Assembly: GCF_003918875.1 (NCBI RefSeq)
Contig: NW_025767479.1
Span: 620,001-684,000, forward strand
DNA length: 64,000 nt
Direction: 5' to 3'
From: Haliotis rubra
Lineage: Eukaryota
In this document: positions 26,594 to 38,000 of the stretch, piece after piece
Layout: each line of letters begins with the position of its first letter
How positions within the stretch are numbered: position 1 is the first letter of the stretch
Notes under the pieces: generated by a model
The model's database searches: none
Told to the model about the DNA's origin: nothing
Seen by the model: the letters and a program-made list of their open reading frames with translations, nothing else
Translations under genes and position numbers: made by a program

Positions 26594-26834
26594 ACCCGTG
26601 GAGATCCGGGTTAGAATTGATCTTCAGCAACCCATGCTTGACGTAAGAGGTGACTAACGGGATCGGGTGGTCAGGCTCGCTGACTTGGTTGTCACATGTC
26701 ATCGTATCCCAATTGGGTAGATTGATGCTCATGATGTTGATCACTGGATTGTCTGGTCCAGACTCGATTATTTACAGACCGCTGCCATACAGCTGGAATA
26801 TTGCTGAGTGCGGCGTTAAACAACCAACCAACCA
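26594..26834 (+). mobile_element. Family A short retroelement, full length
   Basis: Starts ACCCGTGGAGATCC and ends in (CCAA)n. TSD AAAATAACA. Confidence 0.93.
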
Positions 26835-27109
26835 TGTAAAAATAACATCATTAGATACTACATGGGTTATATTCCAGCTTGCTTTTAAAACCTCTTTGGA
26901 CATATGGACCAGGCGTCCGACCTGGGAATAGAAGGTCCGTGGTTCGAATCTAATCACAGGTCATGGCCTCTACACTGTACTATTACAACAGTACACATGT
27001 CCAAATAGTAACCAAGACTGAAACAACCACTGCCTCAAGTGTAAGTTAACATCTTAGTGCAGTGTCAGAGGCGGCTTTCTGACCAAATGTTTAAACCTTT
27101 CTACCAGGA

Positions 27110-27850
27110 TATACTGGTAATCTTGTCCTCAGGTGCCAGGTCTTCTTCAAGTGTATGACGAACATGACCATATTGCCATCGGGGAACCTGTATAATCGCT
27201 ATATTGTGCACCTGCTCAGTGGTTTGCATTGAATAAACTGGCGGGGAAGAGAAAGTATACATCTGAACATTTGATTGACTAACAGCGTTACTGGGCTGGA
27301 AACATTCACCGAAACACACCAAAAGGTCCAGAACACAGCTGTGATACCCGATACAAATACATCCCATCGAGAACCGTTTCTTGTTGGTTCCACAATCGGC
27401 AACAAACCAACATGTAGGTTAACTTTCTGTTGCCCGTCAGCTGCCCTCTGTCCTTGGGGGAGCTCAAAGTACACTATTGGGCAGGACATGTCTGCCCCCA
27501 TCACACATCCTATCATCTGGTAGAAGCAGGACACATCGTTGCAGTTGTAATTTCATTAATCCAGCTCTGTGGCTCCCATAGTTTCATTGTGGAGGTGAGA
27601 TTGTTTGCGGCAGCGGTCAGTTCTGCTCCGAGCGCTGAGAATTCGATTTGGTTGCGGACATGATAGGGGACATATTGACTGCTGTCGCCCGCTAATCGAA
27701 CTTTATTAACGCTGGCCCTTGAACCCGAGACGCCCTGATCACAGGGATCGAAGTCTACTTGTGGGCATTCAGGTGGCCTGTCCGGCGATTGACGGGGGCA
27801 CGTACAGATGCGGTAAGGAAGGAAAGGTGGACAAGGGCTGGAGCCTTCAA
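27110..27850 (-). pseudogene. Decayed Penelope-like element reverse-transcriptase relic
   Basis: Frameshifted motifs occur in PLE-RT order on the minus strand: LQPL..LPYRI, AVNM.PI, FYQ.IG.VMG..MS, KRF/R.DVFV (degenerate RxxDD), VF(L)DL and VP..Q...VR. Read by eye only. Confidence 0.5.
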
Positions 27851-28999
27851 GTCCTGAAGACACAAATAATCACTAGAACACGCACAGAGGCTACTGTATT
27901 ACTGAACCATTTATTTTCAGATTATTGGAGATACAGTGGTATTTTGTGGAGGGAGTAGAGTGCTCACACGTATTTTGTTATCATGGTCACGTGCCTGCTG
28001 TAGATGGCGGCACGGCTTGCGGAGCTTCTGTTCTCCTCGCCGTGAACATCAATATGAAGAAGAGCTGATCCGGCGGAGAAGATGATGATGACATGAATTA
28101 CTACCTCTGATCACATCACCGGCAACGACCACGACGATGATTACGACAGCCCGAGTAAATCTGTCCTGGGAACTTAATCCAAAATACAACAAAGTTTAAT
28201 CCATTGGGAAGCGTCAAACTTTGTTTGAAAACAGTAGCTTCATTTTAAAAAATGCCAATTGATAGCGGGGACAAAACATATCCTTAATCGTTCATCAGTG
28301 AAACAATCATGTTTCAACTGTTTGTGTTTCAGAAGCCGACGCCTTTAATTCTGTATATGGATAAATAAATGATGGCTATTTGTTAGACTCACTGAGGCCT
28401 GACCCAGATCTCCTTTTAAATGAGTTTTCCGCTTACTTGTAAAACGCAGGAGGTCTCAAGAGGCTAGTGTTGCTTGTGCTGGGCCTTCGTCGATTCCAAT
28501 AAATTATTTAAGCCGGAATAAACCTGTACTATAATTTGTCTCTCCACACAAGTAGATGGAGAGTGTTTCTGTGTCCACTGGCCCCGTATCAATGTCCGCC
28601 ATATCAAGTTGATGAACACATCATTGTTTCGTCTGACTATAGTTAATGGCATGTCAGATTAAGTCGGGTCGTATGAAAAACTCTAACTTTAACTACATTT
28701 GAATAGCGTACTTCAATATTTTATTACGTGACGCGAGAAGTAAACATTCTTAGTTCTACGTAGCCACTTGTCAAACACAATCTCAAATTGAACACAAAAT
28801 CGAAACGTGGGGACTATATTTATAAGTGGAGGATGTTTTCTTATTAAGAAATGGACGGAGGGGTAACCTGTGGTTTACACGTTCGCTAAATACGAAGAAT
28901 AGATCGGGTTCGATTCCCTGCGTTGGGACAGTGGAAGGTTTGATCTCGGTGATGCTGTAAATTTAATACTTCCAGCCACGATCGATCCAACCATGGTGT

Positions 29000-29108
29000 G
29001 GGTATCGTTCCACAAAGCGATCGAAATGCTAAGGTGAACGTAACTCCCATACTTTAACATAGACTTACGACAGTCGTAGCGCTACGATCGGTGTGTGGAA
29101 TGGGCCCC
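29000..29108. mobile_element. Short palindromic MITE (Harbinger-like GGGCCC termini)
   Basis: The left arm GGG.ATCGTTCCACAAAGCGATCG..ATGCTAAGG...CGTAA is an imperfect inverted copy of the right arm TTACG...CGTAGCGCTACGATCGGTGTGTGGAATGGGCCC. Confidence 0.6.
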
Positions 29109-29172
29109 TGTCGATGAAATATACGGATGCTGATGCTACGTTCTAGCATCACATTGAACGAGTGTCAGTTTG

Positions 29173-29515
29173 GAGGTGAGGTGAACTTGAGTTTAACGTC
29201 GTGCTTGAAAATATTTCGCTCATATGACGACGTGCATGTGTATGCGAGGCTGCTTGTACTAGCCAAGACTTAAGCTGGTTTTGTAGTGCTAGCCCACTGA
29301 GATGCCATTCCGCAGTGAAGCACGAATACCCCACTCAGACACATTATACTGACTCCGGGCCGACCAGTCCTTGTTGTACCCATTAATGCCGAGCGCCAGG
29401 CAGGGACCAACAAGTACCATATTTTAACGTCTTTTGGTATGACGCGGTCGGGGATCGAACCCGCGACCTTCCGCTCTCCGGGCGGACGCTCTAACCACTA
29501 CACCACGGAGGCGGT
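29173..29515 (-). mobile_element. Family C tRNA-derived SINE, intact single copy (central domain resembles the Meta-SINE domain)
   Basis: A box TGGTGTAGTGG, B box GGTTCGATCC, and a perfect anticodon stem TCCGC/GCGGA. The body is GTCATACCAAAAGAC..AAAATATGGTAC...TGCCTGGCGCTCGGCATTAA and the tail is (CACCT)n. TSD TGTCAGTTTG (29163-29172, 29516-29525). The Meta assignment is from memory only. Confidence 0.9.
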
Positions 29516-30172
29516 TGTCAGTTTGAAATTCGTTGGGAAATGGTAGAATATGTTTGTTTTTTAACGCCTTTTTACGATTTGCCGTTGCAACAACTTGACT
29601 ATTGTGTGCTTTGTAGGACAGGTGAAGCGTAATTTGACCTTGCGAATAGGGCTAGCTACGTGGGTACCACGTGATCTCTGTCCACGTTAAACGTTAAGTA
29701 ATGGTAGAGAGACTTGGGCAATGTTGATGGTAGACGTGTAAGTTGTCGAGCTGACTTTAGTGTAGAGTGTTGATAACGTCGTCCACCTTAATCAGAAGAC
29801 CGCACCACGCTGAGATACGCTGGTGTCCAGACGACTACAGTAAGGGGGCGTTATCTCCACGTCTAGAGGCAAGTGATGTGCTCGTGCGTCACTGTATCAC
29901 AGGACGTTGGCGAAATTGTTGCTGATTTCGGACCCACCAACTTTACTGTACATTCCATCCCAGGAGCTACTGTGTGGAACACGGGTAGAAGGATGGAGCA
30001 GGTGTTGAGAACGCTAGTTGCCAGATGGTCAGCTCAGTTTGACAGGGTGGTTGGCGGTTGGCTTCTTTCTCAAACTGATACACAAAGTCAAGAAAATTTT
30101 ACTGGATTTCCAATGGGTTATTTGAATATACCCTGCTTGATCCTTTGTTTGGGTGGCAGAAGTTGGTGGTAG

Positions 30173-30255
30173 AGAGATGACAGAACTTCATGGGTGATCA
30201 ACTTCTTTATTGTGATAATAAAGAGGCTGATCCTCCATAAAGTTCTGTCATCTCT
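30173..30255. repeat. 83-nt near-perfect hairpin (pre-miRNA-like or collapsed MITE)
   Basis: A perfect 16-bp outer stem AGAGATGACAGAACTT/AAGTTCTGTCATCTCT continues with three mismatches and G-U pairs to a 3-5 nt loop. Confidence 0.85.
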
Positions 30256-30290
30256 AGTTGATGCTGTCTCTGATGATGAACCTATGTAAA

Positions 30291-30443
30291 GGGGTGGAAG
30301 TCGTGGATATCATACGTAACATGAGGATCAGAACGTTTCGGAGTATATTTTTACTCTTTCATCCATCTGACGAAGGCTGAAGAATATACTACGAAAGGTC
30401 ATGTTATTCATGCTACAGAAGATGACATCCCTAAACTTACCCC
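30291..30443. mobile_element. Diverged inverted repeat carrying Penelope-type minimal hammerhead relics
   Basis: The arms are ~75 bp. The minus arm reads GATGA-A-AGAGTA-AAAATA-TACTCC-GAAA-CGTT. The plus arm reads CTGACGA-A-GG..AAGAATATACT.C-GAAA-GGTC. Confidence 0.6.
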
Positions 30444-30754
30444 ATTCATGTGTATCTTCTAAAAGTCATTCACAGACTTTATGAAGGTATATGCTGGCAG
30501 CTTTTCTCTGAAGCAGTTATGATAACTTTGCATTCCAGAACTGGACAAGAGAGTCCATCGAGTTCGATTCTTTGAATTAAAGTAATTGGCCCTTTGTCGT
30601 ATAGGCGAATCTGGTATCACTTTATGGTGTAAATATCTGATTTCAGTGAAATGTGGCCTTTTCAATAGTGTATCTTAAGCTTCCCGTACTGAAGAAGATG
30701 AGCTGACATGAAACCTTAGTAGCCATACTTTACATAGTAGCGTGGCTGGTGTGT

Positions 30755-30960
30755 TGTACGAGTGACCATATGGATCAATAGATAACCAGGTTTTGGTGCC
30801 AGACTTCTGACTTTCCATCAATTCCCAGAGCTGCCCCTGATTGTCTTGGAGAACAATGTATGTCAGTGCCGTCGCGGACACCGCCGTTCTCCGACCACCA
30901 CCTGGTGCTCGTGCTGGATGTGGAGGTCGCCCTGTTACTAGGGAGATGCATTCTGGGATG
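30755..30960 (+). pseudogene. Possible L1/Tx1-type endonuclease C-terminal relic
   Basis: TPPFSDHHLVLVLDVEV..LGR resembles the APE-endonuclease SDH motif. It is short and interrupted. Confidence 0.3.
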
Positions 30961-31237
30961 CTACGTGGGGGTGCAGGTTGTGGTCTAAAGCGTGTACGCT
31001 GTATTTGGAGCAGTTCACGGTTAAAAGAATTTGGTCCACGAAAAGTTTGAATTCATAAGACAGTTTATATAGAATAATTAATCAGGAAGAAATCGGGATT
31101 GTTTATATGAATGGATGTGTGACAAAACGAATCAATAATTGTGTACTAACAAAGACCTCAAAATCGATGTCCCTACCGGTTCACGCTACTAGGGAACAAC
31201 TGTTCAGTACTGACATGGCGTAAACGTGACGTCACAA

Positions 31238-31569
31238 TGGGCATATCCTTGACACTGCAGTGAGCATAGCCTTGACACTGCAGTGGTCATATCCTTGACA
31301 CTACAGTGGTCATATCCTTGACACTGCAGTGTTCATACCCTTGACGCTGCAGTGTTCATATCCTTGACGTTACATTGGGCATATCCTTGACACTACATTG
31401 GGTATATCCTTAACACGGCAGTGTTCATATCCTTGACATTGCATTGGGCATATCCTTGACACGGCAGTGTTCACATCCTTGACACTGCAGTGGGCATATC
31501 CTCGACACTGCAGTGTTCATATCCTTGAAACTGCAGTGGGCATATCCTTGACACTACATTGGGCATATC
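31238..31569. repeat. 23-bp minisatellite, ~14 copies
   Basis: Head-to-tail units of GGGCATATCCTTGACACTGCAGT with point variants and no spacers. Confidence 0.95.
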
Positions 31570-32243
31570 AAGAAGTTTTTGGCGCTACAGTGAAACACAG
31601 GCTGATGTATGGGCGTTACAGTCGTAGTGTTAACTTTGCTTTGTGCATGCGGGCCCGATATCATTTCTGCCACCTTCGTCATAGTGTGAATTAAAACCAA
31701 TCCCAGTCTGCCTGCTATCGCTAGCTTAACACCAATATACTGATTGCCTTCATTGTCCCCCGATCAGAAGTGATTGTTGAAACTGTAATGGGTAAGGTGG
31801 CCATACCACCCTTTGCCCCTTCCGGTGTCATTACCCTCTGGTAAAGAGGTCACGATGAATGTGTAATGAGTCTTCTTCACCCAGCAGAGGCAGCACCTGC
31901 CCTGTCGACCCTGAATAATTCATGCTTGTCCATCTCCCGGACCGTCTCACCATCTCGACCATACAGGTACATGCTCAGGGTTTAATAATACGTTATAGAA
32001 TCCTCAACGCCCTTTATTAATCAACTTGAGGTAGAGGTCAGGGGGATCAATGGTAGAAGACTCTCTGGTGCTCATTGATGACCCACTTTGTGTAGATATG
32101 TGGAGAAGATAGAGACAGCAAGCGGCTGTAGATAAGACCTCGCTTCCATTTACAAGGCAGATAATATCTGCACCAGACTTGCTTCAGAGTCAATGGGGAT
32201 CTATTTGTTTGTAGTATTTCGTTTTGGTCAATGAAAAATAGGA

Positions 32244-32409
32244 GTGAGTGAGTGAGTTTAATTTTACGTCGCTTTTCGACATTTTCCAGTAATATCACGA
32301 CTGTGGACACCAGAAATGGGCTTCACGCATTGTACTCATGTGGGGAATAGAACCCGGGTCTTCGGCGTGGCGAGCGAACGCTTTAACCACTAGGCTATCC
32401 CACCGCCCC
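32244..32409 (-). mobile_element. Family B tRNA-SINE, full length
   Basis: Perfect 13-bp TSD ATGAAAAATAGGA (32231-32243, 32410-32422), with the tail seen as (GTGA)n on the + strand. Confidence 0.95.
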
Positions 32410-34850
32410 ATGAAAAATAGGAAGAGAATTGAACAGGTTTACAATTAATGTCCAAACACAAATACATATAATGGTCAATCATTTTATTCCATTTGCAAAG
32501 GTTTTGATTTTAGTTTTGAAAAACCAGACGGAGAAGCTCATCACGAGCTTTTGATATATATTTGATTATGGCGTTTGATATTGGGTGCATCGTGGATGTG
32601 GTGTCATTGATACTGCATGATATTCAGCGGAACGTGTTCACTGAGGATAGCCCGGACACTGGGAGTTGTCAGGATACCCATTCATACAAAATAGGAAACG
32701 ACACTGCTCTTGACTATCATAGAAACAGAGCAATAGCGTTGAACCAGGGGATTCCACGCTCACCGACAGACCTGATCTGTCCTGACGGACTATCACACTT
32801 TATCTTTAATCGAACGCTAGCTGCACGTAAAAACAAAATAAAATAGAGCAAGGCAGCAAAATGTTAATAGAACTGAAATATATACAGTGTGTAGAACACT
32901 CAAAATGTACTTCAAAACTTTAGAATCGGTCCCAACCAGAACGGATCAATAACGGTGAATCGATACAGAATGAGGGACGATTTGCCACGACTAACCTTTA
33001 ACCCTTGGTGATGTTGCGGTCACGTGTCAGTGATTCCGCCGTTATCCCTCATCTGGAGAGCACATTAACTTCATCAAGGACATATCGATCATCCATGTTA
33101 GGTAAATTACTTCACAGCTTATACTTGGCTATAGATATACGCTTAATTACAGCCATGTGGTTTCAGTAAATGGGGGCAGAATTCCAGATTAATCACGTAC
33201 TTACGCAACGAGCCAATCGACAGTCCGAATTCAGCACTGTATTAGTAGCCGGATATGACGTCAGTATTTTGGATGGCAGTCAGGAAAGAAAGCGGAGTGT
33301 TGTTAGTTGACTGTATTTGTGTCTAATAAGGCTTTGGTGTCAGTCTGATTCTTCAGCTGCCATGTGTCCGACGGGCACATGCATGTATTGGTAGCTACCA
33401 AGTAATGCAAGGCATATGTAATGCTCTTCTACGATTGTTCGGTTAAGTTCAAAGTATATCGTTAGTCAGATGACGTTTGAGAATATATATTGCTATCTAC
33501 ATAGAGATTTATTTAGTTGTGCGAGATATGTGATGCATTTATCTGCATTTGTTGAGATATACTATATGTTAAATGTGAAATGTTGTCATTTCCGGTACAT
33601 TATGCTTAATTGAATTATGATAAACGTACAAAAAATGTTAGCAAGTATAAAGTTGCAAGAACACGTGCTTGATAACAAATACACAAGTCGAGCTGTTAGC
33701 ATCATCTGAACATCCATCCGTGTCTTCGTTATCTTATTAAGTTCTAATGCGTGTGGGAAGGACTCCTCAAATCAAGTCGAACCCTGACCTCAACATGCCT
33801 TCACGTGCTTTGCATCCGGGTACCGTCAGAGTTGCAAGACCTTCTAGTTCCGGCAGAGAAACGTGTTTGACAAGTTTGCTGCTCGGTGGCTACAAATATT
33901 TAGCGTGAGTGTGATCAGTCCGTCAACACCTATGTATGCAGGCAGGCAGGCCTTATTACAACACCCATCTGCCACAGATTGATGCTTGCTAGTGCATTCG
34001 TGCCCAATGTTTTGCGAGTGTAGACTGGTGTATCTCATCCAGCAGCGGTGTGGATTTATCTGCAGGGAACACACACCAGCTCAGGGACTTAACCGAGCAT
34101 GTGGCGGCTCCTGGTTAGCTGCTGCACAGTATACAGTCATTGATAATGCTTTCTATTGCTAAAAAGCGACGTTGATAGCTGGCTATCTATCAGAATTATT
34201 TATTGCTTTCGGTTGCAAATGAGAGAAAAACGTTATTAATGATTTATGGATATTTGATACGTCCATGTTTTACCAAACTTGAATATTATGATATATTGGA
34301 CATGTAAATGAGGCTCCGTAGCAAGAACGAGGAATGTTTGATTCAATAATGTGGGCAATCAACACGTGTTTTGATACAATAGAATATCATTTCTATGCTA
34401 CCACTTCTAGACGACTGATTGTTGCAGAATTGTGTAAGCGATGCCTCTGGTGCGAGCTCACGTCCGCGTTTCCCTTGTGCATGATCTTGTCATGCCGTTG
34501 TCCTGCACGGTCATGGACTGGTCATGGCAGTGTCGTGGAGAGCTTTAGTCCAGCCTGTTGCCCGTCACAATGGAAGGCGCGACCTAATTGTCGCAGTGAT
34601 AACACAGTTGGAATGGATTATGTTTCTCAGATTATCGATCAGAACGAGAGCGCTGGGCTGAAATCGACTGGCCGAGTTCACCAACAAGCTGTACTTTGCT
34701 GTGTACACAGCCAACTCTTCTCGTGGTCGGCAACAGCCGGCGACGTTGCCCCTGACGTCTTACAACTGCCCGGTTACATAACACATCTGAGTATGTACGT
34801 CGTGTAGATGGCATTTGGTTGGGCAATTCCGGTATATTTAAGCCATGGGG

Positions 34851-35077
34851 TGTGTTTGTATGTTGTTTAACGCCGTACTGGGCAATATATCAGCTAAATG
34901 ACGCCGGTCTGTAAATAAATCGAGTCTGGACCAGACAATCCAGTTATTGACATCATGAGAATCTATCTTCGCAGTTGGAAAACGATAATCAGTGAACCTG
35001 ACCACCCGATCCCGTTAGTCGTCTCTCACGAAATGCTTGAGTTACTGAAGACAATTTCTAACCCGGATCTTCACGGA
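34851..35077 (-). mobile_element. Family A short retroelement
   Basis: Reverse complement of family A. The head reads CCGTGAAGATCCGGGTTAGAAATTGTCTTCAGTAAC..TCGTGAGAGACGACTAACGGGATC. Confidence 0.9.
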
Positions 35078-38000
35078 ACTCCAGGGCTAGGACGACCGGA
35101 CGTGGTATCTCGACTGCTATCTGTATAGAGTGGTGGGCTTCCACTATATCACGGGTGTCTGCGGGAAACAAATGGACTTCATTATTTTCGGCCAGGGATG
35201 TCGGTAAACAATACATATGAGTACGTGATCTGACCCATTAAATGTAGCACAATTAAAAGATCCCCAAGTAAGATGCTTAAAACAACTACAAGGAAAAAAA
35301 CGAAAAAGGATTAGTTGAACTGTGTTGCGTCCAGAGGTTTGTCTACAAATCTGTTTTGGCAACTGTCCATGGCGTTACATTTGGAAGAAAGTGCACATAT
35401 TATGATGCATATTATTGCTGAATTTGATTCCTTGTATATCAAATAGATGACTTTAAATGCCTTATGAAAAGGGTTCTCAGATCTAACATTTACCACGATT
35501 TCCATCTTGAATAATGTCTTTATCACGTGATATCTATGGCGGAGCTGTCATAAAATATATGCCACATTAACTGACAGCCGCTGCTAATATGTAAATGTTT
35601 AACTGGGTGTTGTGACTGATATTTTAGGAAAAAACTAGAAATAGATTATCGCTGTTCCGAGCAACATATTTTTGTAAATGACCTATATTCTCGAGTTTCG
35701 TATTCACTACATGTGCTGGAATAACATATTACCCATGATGCATCTTGCCTTGGTGAATACATGCACAAGCTTGAGTGTAACGTTAGACAGCAAAGAGATG
35801 TTTTTTCTGTTGCTGTGTATCGTATGATCTGATGGGGAATACAGAAGCCGTACGATAAATTGGATAACGTCGAAACAAGACTGTTTAAAGAGAAAATGGC
35901 AAAGATCCAGTTCCTCTTGTCCGAGAAAACGGTTTTAATTCTTTAAGTCTAATTCATGTACGAGCTGTCAGATTCGGTCAAAGTTCTGGGGTGAGTGAGT
36001 AGGTGTTATCGTCAGTTTATTTGTTATTAATTGTATATCATGGTTTACAAGCTCAGTTTGTGGGGAAATACATCTTTGCCATTTTGATAAAAGTCGCAGA
36101 CATCCTGACGGTTTGTGGTTTTGTGTCTTGAATTCAAACCCACGAATTGCGATCCTGACAAGATTAAAGGAGGCAGTTCAGTATGGTGGGCGCTGTACAT
36201 CCCCAGTCCATTCATGATGATTATGTAAACAATGACCAGTGGTCTGTTCCACCAGGATGAGTACAGTAGCTCCACATGCACCTGTCGGGGCCTCAGTTCT
36301 ACCATCCACAGAGGTTTATCGATCACTGTGAGTTGCCATGACCTCCTCTGATCAATACATACTCGACACTTATCGCCATTCTGTCTTGTGTCATCCGTCC
36401 CACTAGCAGGGATTTAAAAACTTGATAGATTTTCAGACACGCCAGTTTCGAGTATATTTGATAGTTGTCTTCCCTTCGCGATAATGTCGTTCAAACCACA
36501 CGCCTCACTTCACAACCGCCATTTTGATATGTGATATGTGATGCCAAAGTACGAAGATTGACCATGTATTTATTCGAGCTTCGTCGTTGAATATTACTTG
36601 AATAAATCAGTGGGGCACAGATGTCCTTCCCTCCACAGACCGCCGTTTGAATCAAGCAGACGACAGATGGCACTGGGCGCGTGCAGCACGAGCACTATAT
36701 TTGGGCACGTGCAGCACGTGTATCACGTTTCTTTATCACAGAAGTGTGGTCGTGTTAACGTTATGATACTGATCCAGATGATATCGTCGACACTCATTGA
36801 GCGTTGGAATTCACCACGTTTCTATTAATACAAGGTGGTGACGCATTTATTATAACGTGCGCTTCTGCGAAGCCACATTCCAATTTGCTAGGTTGTGGAA
36901 GTGAATGAATCCCTGCTTGGATGACTTTTTATTATGTTATGTCGTGACATTCAGATATTTGGGAGAAAAATGTATGCACAGGCAATTATCACATGTCAAT
37001 ATTTTCGATCTTCAATTGAACATTGAGTTTTTGATTTGGCCTCCATTAAGAACCTACTTCGCAGCACTGACTTCCCTCGTATGCTAACAATGAAATGATA
37101 GTTTAATGCAGTCTTAATAGAACGACATCATCAAACGCTGGATGGACATCGAGATTGGACACCGCCCACACAGTCATCTGCCTCCTCCAGATGGGATTAA
37201 CACCAGGCTTAATTATATGTAGATCTCGCCCGCCCGTCCCATCCCTGTACTCTCCTTCATTGCCCGATAATATGATACCCTGTTCTGGGTGACGATGGAG
37301 TTGTTTGCACGATGCTGAACTCATACTATCCCATCTGTGTGCGCGACTGGAATATACACAGTTGTCATGGCAACCATACTTTTGTTTATGATTTGTTTCT
37401 TTTCCCCTACCCAGTCAAGTTGAATACCATGTTCCGTGACAAGCAGATGCATAAAGCGGAGAGACTGGCGTCTTTGTGGGCTAGTTTGTGGCTCTACTGC
37501 ACCTAACGTTGGGATATATAGATTATCTCCAGGGCTCCTGGCAGTTCACTCACCTTTGATATTAACCTGGTTCTCTGTTCTGGAAGACATGAAGGCCTAC
37601 ATTTAGCTGCCTAGATATTATTACAGCCATACGTTCGATACTTGTATAGGAGGTCCTACTCTGGTTTAGATTTGGATTCATTTAGTGTTGAGGTCACGAG
37701 GTCGTTAATTGCATGTCAGGGACTTGTTGGTCTATGCCCCCTTAACCAATGCGTGAAATACATGTCCTAATATATAGTCCGACCAGTATGTTTAATAACT
37801 CCCATATCAAACGCATGAACAAGAACATGAAACACGTAAATAAGTAATGTTTCGGGATCATATTGATCGTGTAGGGTCTTCCTGAATCCACGTTCCGTTG
37901 ATTCCAACCCCGAGATTATTGCCCTGGATGTAATTACAGTCGGGAAAAATGCAGGTAATCTACATCACAAAATGCAATGACCTGGACAGGGAAGGGGTTC

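Noticed and set aside
29440-29515. tRNA gene (also the family B heads, e.g. 18411, 39860-39932, 60471)
   Set aside because: Acceptor stems do not pair, and the heads run into SINE bodies bounded by TSDs.
31238-31569. CRISPR-like array (also considered for 49688-50410, 50925-51412 and 52703-52863)
   Set aside because: Units are head-to-tail with no unique spacers, there are no cas genes, and the context is a eukaryotic intron.
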